Part shown: positions 23,503-37,800 of the stretch, piece by piece
Layout: each line of letters begins with the position of its first letter
Position numbering within the stretch: the first letter of the stretch is position 1
Assembly (NCBI RefSeq): GCF_002105155.1
Contig: NW_019029001.1
Coordinates: forward strand, 1 to 64,000
Source: Lobosporangium transversale
Taxonomy: Eukaryota
Direction: 5' to 3'
DNA: 64,000 bases
Program-made: the position numbers and the translations under genes
The notes under the pieces: model-generated
What the model saw: only the letters and a program-made list of their open reading frames with translations
What the model was told of the DNA's origin: nothing
Databases searched by the model: none

Positions 23503-23964
23503 TTAGACAACAACTCCTCCACGGGCGCGGCGGCGGCGGCCATAGCAGCAGCGGGTGAAGAGCCATGCGATAATGAAGACAACCGCGAGGGCAATGAAGA
23601 TGTGCTATTGATATTAACGGAGGAATGACATGTTAATTCGTCAGAATGGGGATTTTTTTAAGCAATTTTTTTTAGCAATTTTTTTTTATTAATAAACTCA
23701 AATTCAAGAGCTGAGGAAAATGTACACACCTTCAATCCGGAAGTATTACCGATATGAATGACATTGGCCAAGCCGAGAATCCAGATAATCAAGAGGATAA
23801 GGCCGACAATGATCAAACCATCCTAAAATATGAAGAAAAAGAAAAGGAGAGGAGACAAAGAGTTTTAGCAAGACGAATTTGAGATTTGATGCTGCGCTTG
23901 GCTTGGAATGGATTTTTACAGCTCAGTAACATACCCAAGCAACCCATTCGATAGTGCCGCACAT
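23503..23964 (-). CDS. 74-aa two-TM protein resembling the bacterial lmo0937/DUF5670 family; exons 23964-23935, 23822-23730, 23604-23503
   Basis: Phase-0 GT..AG introns give MCGTIEWVAWDGLIIVGLILLIIWILGLANVIHIGNTSGLKHIFIALAVVFIIAWLFTRCCYGRRRRARGGVVV*. GC-rich exons in AT-rich context; TATAAATA ~130 bp upstream. Confidence 0.8.
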
Positions 23965-25185
23965 ATTTGATTATTAGTTGTTTAGTAGAGGGATGATGTG
24001 TGTTTTTAGTGGTAGTGAGGGTTGGTTGAAGTAGAAAATTAAACGGTAGTTGTTTGTTGATGAATCTGTTGAATCCGGAGATGGAGGGGAGGTATTTATA
24101 CCAAAGGATAGTAATAATACGCAACATATTCGCGTAGCAGGGTTTCAAGTCTTTTTCCGTTCCTTTCTTCGTTCCTTTCTTCGTTTCTTTGTCCCCTTGA
24201 CCATGTCAGAGTGCCGTCATATCAAAATAGCAGAGCATTGTGTCGTTGTAGGATCATCCGTCTCATTTGTCTCCATGATTTACAGTTTATGTCTGTAAAA
24301 CAACATTTCGTCTTTGTTTGTTTATGTTTTGGTCTGACACGAAGTGGGTTCATTCAGCATGACAACTTGAACACAAATTTTAGACATGGACATGTAGAGA
24401 ATTGTCTGTACCTGAGCACATTTTACTTCGCGCTCTCAAAAGAAAAAGATACGTGTATGTAATGTAAAGATGAATATGATGTTGTGGTACCTGCAGCTGT
24501 TAATTGCCCAAAAGTATCCCGTCACTATGACAGTTCAACGTGGGGTAAAATAGAAGTATCTTTATAGTATCGGCTATACCTTTTTCTTTCTTGCTCTGTC
24601 CTACCGAATGCTTTTCATGGTAATCAAAGGTAAAGCATGTCATGCTTGTTGTCTCATTCGCTTTGATGGCAACTTCAGGCATAAAAGCGCTGGTTTCCTT
24701 CTACTCCTTGTATCGAATATCATTTGTCCTAGGAGAATTAATGATCAGTTGACCATCCTTCTCATATTTTATTTTTGACCTCATTTCTTCATCATTCATT
24801 TGTTAAAGAATGATCTATAAATATGGATTAAAACGAAAGTTCGTGACGAAAGAATGTGCGTGCTTATTTCTCCATCTAATGTTAAAATTAAACTTGTTTT
24901 TTTTTTTTTTTTTTTTTTTTTTGCAAAGTAATGATGTAATAATTTGACAGCTGGACACCAAATTTGCTTATTTTGTATTACAACATTGCTCAATTCACAG
25001 GATTATGTCAACAACGCAAGATAGGAACAAGGAACATGATGTAGTCTAGTCTAGGCTCCAATTCTTCTTCCATGTCACTCGTGTGAACATGACATATTAA
25101 CTTTTAATTGTTAATGTCATTATCTATCGGATGAGGGGCTCGATAATATTTCAGTTTTTGAATTTAAACTCGTGTCCGCAGGCAT

Positions 25186-26438
25186 TCATTGACTCACTGG
25201 ATACGAAGGTGAAGGCGACACAGGCATAGTTGCATCCATTGCTGATATGGACGTAGACTCACTCCAACGTTGTCCATCGACATACCATACATAATCGCCA
25301 GGAAGTGTCCAGAGGCGAATGGAATTATCGATGTATGATACTGTCTTAACAGGAGGAGTACCAGGACCCTCAGAACCCTTTGAATCTTGAGCAGCAACAC
25401 CTTTCTTTTCAGTCTTTTGGTTGCCCAACTCCCTTTCACCTCCTTCCTCTACATCCGAAGCATCCGAGGAAGAGTCCAAAGAATGGAAGAGCAACTCATA
25501 TTTACGTTGTCCAGAACATGTCGCCAACAAAGCGCCACTAGGATGAAATGTTGCAGCAGAAACCACATCGTCATGGACATGTAGCCGGGACACCAACCGA
25601 TCATTAATCTTGTTTTCTTCGTTTACTCCATCATACCCATCTTCATCGCCTGCATTAGTCAATATTATATCGCTTGTCATTTCTGCCGCTTTTCCTCTTG
25701 TTGTCGTTGTCGTTGTTGCAATCTTTGTAGTACTAGACATTGGCCTATCTAAACCCCGCAGATCGAATATGGATATATCGCCATTCATATCCCCCGTAGT
25801 GAGCCATCGTCCATCACTCGAAATATCAAAGCTAATTCGTTGATTCGTTAATTCCCCAGGCCGCTCTAGACAATAAACCACATCGGCTGTATTTCGAGTA
25901 TCCCAACATCGAATTAAAGGATCTTGACGGGATGCAGAGTACAGGTATTGGCCATCTGGAGAGAACCGAACCTGAGTCACACCCCCCATTGGTGACGAAT
26001 GAAAATATCCAGGCTTCTCTTTCTTCTTATGATTATCCCGTAAGAGAATGATCAATTCTTCCGCTCGAGCATCATAAAGCCCAATGGTTTTGAGGTACGA
26101 CCCTGCAGCATAAACGTCCGAATGATCAGGATTAAACGCCAAGCATGAGATGACCCCTTTTTGCCCCTCTTTACTCTTTCGTGTTGGTACAGTCGGTCTT
26201 TTGACGCTATCTCTTCCCGGCCGTGCCGTGTCAAATATTTGAATCATGTTGTTGTATCCGCAATAGATCCTTTAAAGCGAAAAGAAAAAAAAAAAAAAAA
26301 AAAAAAGTCAGTGTTGAACATTTTATGGTAAACTCTGCATTTTTTTTCTCACTTTACTTTGATCCATCCAAGTTGAAACAAGTCGCGTTCGGCGCGACAT
26401 TGACTTCGCAGTGATCTACTATTGTATACGAACATCGA

Positions 26439-26485
<47 letters not shown>

Positions 26486-27557
26486 GAGTAAGTGATAAGT
26501 TGTGGCCAATTGTCATAATCGTTAATTGCGGATTAAATTCCGCTTTTTTTTTTTTTTTTTTTCTTTTAAAAAAAAAAATCCTACTTCTCCTGTATAAGCA
26601 TCCCATAGATGAACAGGGTGATCACGACTGGATGATAGCACACAACAAGTACTTGGGTCCAAACTAGTCATGCCTGGGTACCAACACATATCATAAACGA
26701 CTTCCCCTTCTTTTATTAGCAACTCCGAAGTCAACTGAGTATCTGCGGCGTAAAAAAAAAAAAAAAAAAAAAAAAAAAGAGTTTAGTTTCATAAACTCCT
26801 TTGTTCTATGATCTTAGTCTTGCTTCTTTGAAAAGACGCAATTACCTTCTGGAGTAGCAGCGGCAGCATCGGGGCTATCCATTCATTATTATTATTTTTT
26901 AAAAAGTAGAGATGTCAGAATAATCATAAATAATCCATAACGCATAGATGACAGAGGCAAAGAAGATGAAGGGAACCTACAGTGGAAATATCCTGAGGCA
27001 ATTGTCGTTTGTAGATGACAACAGGCAAGCTCCATCCGGAGACCTATTTAAAACCAGAAGGCATATCAGGTCCAGGAAATCAGAGAATGTGAATAATAAA
27101 AAAAATAAAAATAAAAAGAAACAAAAAGTTACCATTTGATAGCTTTGAAGAAGTTATTTTCATGTCCGTTTGTCCTCTTGTAGCTTTCATCCATAATATC
27201 CATATATAACCGCCTAGATTCCCCTACTGTTGAATTGAATGTGTTCCCGGTTGTAAACGATCGTACAATCCCTTGCTGATCTTTTGATATAGTCGATGGA
27301 CCGAATTTACACTCAAACACTTGAAAACACCCTGCTTGTTGCTGCCAATGACCTTTGGACATTGAGTAATACTCCTCACTCATGACTCCGTCAGCTACTA
27401 TTGTTTCTAGTGCAGTAGCTACCCTTTCGGTACCTCCACTTTCTATTAGTAGCTGTGTATTATGGATCGTGGTATTTGGATCTTGATCCTCAATAAGATC
27501 TATTATCATCTCTTGATATCCAGAGGATCCTACTGGTCGGGTGTCGTCTACATCCAT
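25186..27557 (-). CDS. WRAP53: WD40 protein, telomerase Cajal body protein 1 (TCAB1/Swt21-like); multi-exon, includes a 29-nt micro-exon near 26846-26874
   Basis: NFFKAIKWSPDGACLL, EGEVVYDMCWYP, SSRDHPVHLWDAYTGELRCSY, IFDTARPGR, GQKGVISC, GGVTQ, TNQRISFD. Confidence 0.88.
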
Positions 27558-27826
27558 GAGATTTATTCACGTTTTTTATCCAGAGAATTCAGTTCTATAA
27601 CTTCACCTCTTTGTTTCGAAGAAGTTGTGGTAGAAGAGAAGGAAGAGAGAGAGAGAGAGAGAGGGTTGTTTTTTTTTATCACATTTGCAACTTTTTTGTC
27701 TTTTGTTCACGTGGTTTTGGCATGACCTTAACCAACCTTTTCATTCTTCATCCCTGCTTGCTTCCTTCACACACGTCCCTACTTCAAAAAGGCTGTAAAG
27801 AAAAAGAATAACAACACTGGCATATT

Positions 27827-28453
27827 ATGGAAACTGGCATTAACAACATTCTTAACAAGCTGTAAGAAAGTCTTGCATGAACACCTTCGTTGAGCTGCTT
27901 AAGTAGTGTTAAAGCCCTTACATGTGGAGTTCTAATAATCCATTCTACATTCACATTGAACTTCCTTTATTGAACATTGGCTCATAGGACGGAATCAGAA
28001 GGGGTCATTGGTGTATTAATTGCCGATGAACACGGTCTTTGCCTTGGTGGTATTACTGGATATAAAAAAAAAAAAAAAAAAAAAAAAAAGAGGCATCAGG
28101 AACAGTTCAATATCTGGGAAATAGAGATTGATTGTATCACAGCTTACTAATAATTGACAACAGTTCGTGGTATTGCTAAAGCTTCATCTGCAGGGTTTAT
28201 TGCCTCCATTGCTGCACATGCTAAGGAATTGACAGAGCTGAGGACTGGTGGTAATGAAGATACCCCCACCATTTCCGTTGAATATGGAAACAAGTAAGAA
28301 AGAAATAAAAAAAGAAAGTAAGCCTTTTGCAATAATTATGATAATGAGAACCCATTCGATTATGACTATTGAAATGTAATTCCTCTACTCCACTTTAGCA
28401 CAATATTAATCAGGAGCGAAGGAAACCACACACTGGCAGTTTGGAGGAGTTGA
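27827..28453 (+). CDS. LAMTOR5: Ragulator subunit LAMTOR5 (HBXIP); exons 27827-27861, 27988-28049, 28164-28293, 28399-28453
   Basis: Spliced product METGINNILNKLTESEGVIGVLIADEHGLCLGVRGIAKASSAGFIASIAAHAKEL...PTISVEYGNNTILIRSEGNHTLAVWRS* matches the LAMTOR5 pattern GVL..D..GL.LG.RG......AG.I. Confidence 0.88.
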
Positions 28454-28563
28454 ATGACTTTTTTGTAGAAAAGTAATTTTTTGACATAAAGAAGTACGAA
28501 ATAGCATCAACGCAAACAAACGCTTTTGATTTTTTTTTTTTTTTTTTTGTACTTTATTACTAT

Positions 28564-29056
28564 TCAGTAAAGCAGAATCCCAACCAATATTAGAGCGCCA
28601 AGCATGAAGAATAATCGCGAAACATACGCTTGCATAGGGGTCTGTACTAATGAAGAGAGTGTTATAGATATAAAGAAGCCAAATTAGACTCCATTTTTTT
28701 TTTTATGTCAAAGTGAAGGAAAACAAAATTACCTGCTCCATTAGGACCCATGGCGCCGGCATATGATGCGCCATAATGGACCCCAAAAGGCGAAAACATG
28801 AATGGCGGGATCATAGTTCCTGTAAATGTTACTTGTCCCGTAGCCAATGTAAATCCAGTTCCAATCTGATTAGGGCTTCGAAACGGTTCCGGTCGTTGGC
28901 CTGCAGGTCTCTTAGGGGTCGTTGATCGTGGATCTACCTGTTCTTTACCTCGTCCATAAATTGGAATGACCTTATCCTGCGCACATCCAGCCTTGCAAAC
29001 CGGGCATGTTGGATTCTGACGCTGAGCTTCTAGCCATTGATGAAGACATGACCAAC

Positions 29057-29087
<31 letters not shown>

Positions 29088-29900
29088 ATGAGAACATGAA
29101 GATCCGCTACAGCACCAGAGCATTTTTTTTTTTTTTTTTTTTTTTTACCAGAACAAATGCCCGCATAAAGTAAGAACAGGAGATACAGAAGTATCAAAAC
29201 AAATGTTGCATGAAAATTCTGCGTTGGAGTCGGAGTCTGCTATGGTTGTAGAAGAAGTGGTGGTAAAGGAAGTAGTAGCACCAGAAGTTGTTATCATAGA
29301 ATTGCTACTTGCTTCTGTTGAAGTTGATGTTGACGGTTGTAATGATAATATGGAAGTTGTTGCAATAGCGGATGGTGCAGATTCATCTGATGAAGTTTCA
29401 ACTGATCTGTTTATTTGAGCCGAACTACCCATGTCAACCTCAGATCTATTTGCCAAGTCGCATTCTTGTAAGCTAGAAGCAGAAGTAGATGTAGATATAG
29501 TCGTAGTCATCGTTGTCCCAGGAGAGAAGGTCGCAACAGTAGCCTTGGAATGAAGTCGAGTTGCAGTCGAGATGCCCACGACATTATTATCATCTTCCTG
29601 TTCTATATAATCAGGCTTAATAGCAGCTGTGTCGATTGTTTGACTTGACGACGACGACGACACATGACCCAGACGATTTCTGATGCCAACGTTCCAAGTG
29701 TCAATGAATGATGAAGGGTTCATCGCTTGTGCATTGATATCATTCTGCTGATATTCCTTTTTCTGTTTCTGTTTCTGTTTCTGCTCCTGCTCCCGTTCTT
29801 GCTCCTGCTCCTGTTGTTCTTTTTCCTGTTCCTGTTCCTGTTCCTGTTTGTGTATATTTTCATGCCCCATGCTTGTTCTTTGAAGAGAAGATGAGTCCAT
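28564..29900 (-). CDS. RNF5/RNF185/RMA-type tail-anchored RING E3 ligase, 3 exons
   Basis: FSCNICFD...PVLTLCGHLFCWSCLHQW...CPVCKAG...VIPIYGRG...DPR...PKRPAGQRPEP; C-terminal hydrophobic helix; N-terminal QE/QK and S/T low complexity. Confidence 0.9.
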
Positions 29901-30341
29901 CTTGAATCGTAATGCTTTCTCCGTGGTTTAAAAAAGTGACTGATTACTTTGAGAAAAAGGTCGAGAAAGAGAATGTGTGAGAATGAGCGGAAGAACGTAT
30001 GAGTGAGGGAGTGAGAGTGAGTGAATGAAAGATTGGTTTATTTCAATAAGTCTGTCCACCCAGAGACTAAATCAACCTATTATATTTGCACAGAAATGCA
30101 GGCAACAGCCTCCACCACAACACCAATGCCAATCCTCATCAAAAGCTGTCTTTTCTCTTTATTTTGCTTTTGCTTTTGCCTTTACCTTTACCTTTTTTTT
30201 TTTTTTTTTTTTTTTTGTGAAAATATTTACAGATGATATATACAGAGGAAGCTTGGAGGAATAAGGCGAGATAATAATAATAATAATAAAAAAAAAAAAA
30301 AAAAAAAAATCTACATCAGCATTTACATCCTCTTCAATCTT

Positions 30342-33300
30342 TCATCGGCGAGACCAGAGACCAGAAAGTCGGTTCAGCATGCTGTTTCGAGGTCGGTTAG
30401 TAGTACCATTCGGTGTTAAGGTCCCTGCTGAAGCATGCTCCCCAGAAGAAACGATCGAGTCACCAAAGTCATTCACGTCAAGATTCTCTTTGCTGGTTGA
30501 ATTGGACGATGACCACATCCGTGAGAACCTTCCCGAAACCGTCGCACTACCAGAGGAGATCGATCCGATGCTGAGACGAGGTGATGCCTCTTGAAGCGAT
30601 GATGTTGACCCATTCGAATGCTGTTGCTGATGAAACTGATTATCCGAGAGGGTTGTTAGGTTGACTGATGGTCCCATCGTATGATATTGTGAAGTTTTGT
30701 TGTTCATCTTTGGGAAGGGCACGATCTCCTGCATGGTTCGCCGGCGGAAGAGCAAGCCAGGCAGGTCAGAGTCAGAATCATTCCTGTGTTCCATGCTCTT
30801 CCTAGCTTTGTCTGCTGTCCTGTCCAGGTTCACTGCCAATCTTTGAAGATCCAGTGACTGTCGAGCGACTATTGCCTCTTTCACGAACGTTACCGGTGAT
30901 CGCTTTGGCTTGATGTTGTCCTCCAACGCAGGTTGTGAGGCCGACCTTGTCAAATGGGACGACAAAGTCGAGCCATTCCCGTTTCCGCTATCGGAATCAG
31001 TTGCTTTGATAGTAGCGAGAAGACTGTCCTTTTTGCTACCACAGCTTCCGCTGTTTTTGCTTTTGACGTTAACATTGATTGCATCAAGACTACCACGATG
31101 ATCAGAAATGCTGGTGCGGGATGTTCCTGTGGTTTCTGAAGAGCAAGCTGTTCCCTCTGACGCTATCGATGCATCTGATGGTCTCCTAGTCTTTGAATTT
31201 GATCTCATCAAACTCATCAAGTGGTCAAACGACTTGCGGCGGTGAACCGAATTTTCAGTGGGAGGCGACAAGAGGGCCGCAGACCCCATAGATTTTCGTC
31301 GTTTTATTGTTGTTGCTGATGCTATTACAGCTGGTGATGGGGCCACAAGATCATTGTCCTGTTTCTGTTTCGGTTGCTGTTGTTGCCCTCCTATGGTTGG
31401 TGTACTTGCCTTTATCTGAGGGTGCTGCATACTACATGGACTCGTATCGTTAGCAGGGCTGTTTGACATTGCTGCAGAGCCAGTCCCATTGGATGGGACG
31501 CTCAGAGTTGGATCAGATGGATCTCGTGCCAAACTTTTCACAGAGATGCGATCTTCAGATTTTGTAGGCGACATGGAGATATTTCGTGTTGGCTGTGAGA
31601 GTGTAGATCGGATAGACGCACTGTTTCTGATCAAAGGTTCTGTTGATTGAGGAATGCGACCAAGATCACAGGATTGTCGTGGCATTGGGACAGGAACATC
31701 AGCAGGAGATGGAGCTTCGGTAATCGAAGGCAGACTGATGCGCCGTTGACCGGAAGCGCGGTTTGTTTGACCAGAGCGCTGTGCTGAGGTAGGTAATGGC
31801 TGAGAGGTTATTTGTCCTGAACCATTTGATGTTGGTACAGATACAACAGGACGGATTGGAGGCGTAATAATGGCAGCTCCTCGATGGAAATCACTGCTGC
31901 CTCTCCTGTCTGCGAATGGATCCTTAGCCTCACTCTCTGGTGTCAAATCCTGAACACCACGCTGCATAGCTGAATATTGACGGAGCAAACTAGCAACTTC
32001 GGGATGATTTCTTGCCGCTGCTACAGACAATGGTGATGAACCATACTGTTATAGCAAATATAGCATGATTGTTACGTTATAAACAAAAGAAAACAAACAA
32101 ACAAACAAACAAAAAAAAAAAAAAAAAAAAAAAAAAAAGAAAGTTTAGAAAATGAACAAATGCAGAGTGTAATTTTTTTTTTTTTTTTCATCATCTACCT
32201 TGTCAGTCATATCTACGATTGCTCCATGCCTCAACAGGATATCGACGATTGCAAGGCATCCGTTAGCGGCTGCAAAATGTAAAGGAGTTGATCCTGTTGT
32301 ACCAACTGTCTGACTGCCATTCACGAATATGGACAAAGGTTGCATGAGTCAGTAGGGATGGTGGTATCATATACACACATGCATGGTGTATATTATATCT
32401 GTGTTGCACAATTTTTTTTTTTTTTTTGAAAGCGGCATACATACACACTCTTCTCGTTACTGTATTTCCGGGGGAGCCTCCTAGCATTGACATCAGCCCC
32501 TCGTTCAATCAAAAACATCACGACCGCCACATTGGCGTTGCTGCAGCAGGCAGCATGAATGGCGTAGACACCATTGAGCACGGAGTCAATCGGCTGACCG
32601 TTGTCAAGCGCAAACTTGACCAAGCCTAGACGCAATAGCGGAAAAGAAAACAAGGTTGGTGAGTAACCTTGCTAAACCTTTTTTTTTTTTTCTTCATGTA
32701 TCCTTTTGTTCACAATTGACCATTGTTTTGAATGACAAAAGAATAAGGAGAAAAGGGGAATCATAAATCTGTTTATCTGTTCTTTGATAATCTCTCTTAA
32801 ATGTCATCTTCATCTCTATCACCATTCGATATTCGATAACTAGTCCAAAAGAGTCTCTCTCTCTTTTCCCCTTTTTTAAGAATAAACGATAGATAGTGAT
32901 AATAAGGGCTTTAGATCATAGCAACTATCGCTTCAAAGATCCAGAGAAAACATAATAATTTGGGATGAGCAAAAACGGGATTAAAAGCACATCTGCATAG
33001 CTTTGACGTTACTTTTTTATCTTTTGTGAATGATATAATTTTGAATTGGTTTGTCCCATGCTACCCAACCCGAGTTAATGCTTTAGCTTTTTTGGGAGGC
33101 AAAGGCGCAACCTAAACACAAAAAAAAAAAAAAAAAAAAAGTTGAACGGGTACAGAGCACAAGAAGAAAAAACGGCACTCCATGCATGACACCAAATGAA
33201 CTATCTTTCAGTGTTACATTTGTCAACACAAACACATTTTGCAACTGTGAAAAAAAGGCAGACGACAACCAATCCAAAGACAACACACCAAGAACATCAA

Positions 33301-33556
33301 ATTATCACATCCAAACGAACCAAATTACAGAATACAGAAACACAGAAACAATCAAGAGCTGCGAGCCATTTTTGCTACGCTCAATAAGGAGGTTAAAAAA
33401 AAAAAGAGCGGATAAATGATGTGCAGGGGTAAAACAGAGAGTTTACAAAATAATAGACTAGGTGGTTGTCTCTATTCTCTTCGAGGTAAAAAGGGAGCTT
33501 ATCAAGGTTCTTATGATATTCCAGTATTGACTATAACCTGAATATATTGGATATCG

Positions 33557-33589
<33 letters not shown>

Positions 33590-33990
33590 CCTAGATTGCC
33601 TGACGCAGCGCCTGAATGAAGGCCAAGATTCTGAAAGGGTGGAGGTTTCTTTGCAGGAGAGGATGGTTTAGATGAAAGGGAGGAGGTAATAGACGAATTG
33701 ATGACGGTTGTGGGTGAAGCAGCAGTAGCAGTAGTGGTAGTTGTAGTTGTTGCTGGTGTTGTTGCTATTCCTAAAGTGTTTCCAAGGGTTGCTGTTGTTG
33801 AAGTGTTGTTGAGTTGAAGAGATGCAGTGGAGACACTATGGACCGCAGAAGAGGAAGAAGAGGAAGGAGAGAAAGAAGGATGGCTTGTGTTGGAGTGAAG
33901 GGACTCATTGTTGTTGTCTGCAATGGAGGAGGAGGAGTCTGACTGTGAGGAAGAGGACCTCAGCTGCAGCATGGCCCGCAATGCAGACAT
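30342..33990 (-). CDS. Ankyrin-repeat protein with long S/T-rich C-terminus, ~4 exons
   Basis: GLHSGAASGNLGLVKFALDNGQPIDSVLNGVYAIHAACC, GADVNARR, GSTPLHFAAANG, DKYGSSPLSVA. Confidence 0.85.
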
Positions 33991-34039
33991 TGTCAGATTG
34001 AAGGAAAGAGAAGGAGGAGAAGGAGCTGTTGTTGTGATA

Positions 34040-34074
<35 letters not shown>

Positions 34075-34915
34075 AGAGAGATAAAGAGAGAAAGAGAGAA
34101 AGAGAAAGAGAGAAAAAGCTAGTGAGGCCACGTTGTTTGATAAGGTAAGGCAGGAAAGCAATGCATATTTGACTGCCCATACGCCATGTTTATGATTGTG
34201 ATGCTATGCTTGGTATATACGGGTGTCTTTTTGTTTGCGAATCGTTATGCCAAATGTTCTATTGCTCAAATAAAATCTAGACCAGGGAACACTCGGTTAT
34301 ATCGACCCCCCACTCTATTCCCACCTTCCTTCTTGAGAGCACGTGCAGTGAGCATTTGGATTCATTACGGAGGAGAGAACAGTGGCCAGGTCTTTGATGA
34401 ACATTATTATCCAAATAAGCTCCTTTTCATTCCACTTCAAGAACAAATCAGATTTTTTTTTTTTTTTTTTTTCATTAAGCTCTTAGTCTAGCACTGTTAA
34501 TGTTATATATATATATATATATATATATCATATATAAAGTAATGACAATAGCAATAGCAATTGCAATAACATACATTTATAAATGTAATAATAATACTAG
34601 TAATAATAATAATAATAGTAGTAATAATATATATATTGAGTAAGAACAAAAGAGACTAAACCTAGTAATAACATGAGTTGCCTTTGTCGTTGGTAGTTGA
34701 TGATAATAACTTTGGTTTGTTTTAATGGTATCAAAGAAGAGCGAAGGAGAGATTCCATTAGCTTATGCTTCCAAAGAGAAGGGTCCTGACTGCCTTACTT
34801 TGTCCTCTGACATCTCAACTTCCTGTCCGTTGCAGATCAAAGTCCTTGTTTTGAACAACCGAAACCGCTCGTCATTTGGTCTCTCTCTTTTTTCTTTTTC
34901 TTTTTCTTTTTTTTT

Positions 34916-34947
<32 letters not shown>

Positions 34948-35014
34948 TATATATTATTATTGTTATTATTATTATTATTATTTTTTTTCTTTTTCTTTTA
35001 TTTCTTTTTTCTTT

Positions 35015-37100
<2,086 letters not shown>

Positions 37101-37216
37101 GTTATATTTATAAAAGTTTTTTAAAAAAAATAAAAAAAAAAAGAGAGAGAGAGAGAGAGAAAGAGAGAGATAAATGGAACAAATGTGTTTCTTTTGGGTC
37201 GAACTTTGAGTCAGGC

Positions 37217-37449
<233 letters not shown>

Positions 37450-37800
37450 GAAAAGAAAGAATGTAATGAACGAATGAAAGAAGGAATGAGTGATTGAATA
37501 AATGAAAAGAGGGAAGAATGAAAAATGATGAGAGTTACGAATAGAAAAATGTAAAAATAAAGCTTTTTTTTCATGCAAGAGAAAGAGCTTGTGGATGATA
37601 TTGCTCAACAATAATAATTTTTATTTTTATAAATACGTATAATTATTTCGCCCTGTCATTTTGGGAGACATGCACATAAAATGGACAGCATGCATTTAGA
37701 GAAAACCCTCCGCATGGCTCGCCCTTTCTTTAATTTCACGCGTCCTTGATCGCCCAATTATCTTTGTTGAATTGTCAATAACAAGAAATAAAGCTCTCTT

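Noticed and set aside
23813..24148. 111-aa minus-strand ORF in the track
   Set aside because: Runs through the promoter and first intron of the 74-aa spliced gene in another frame.
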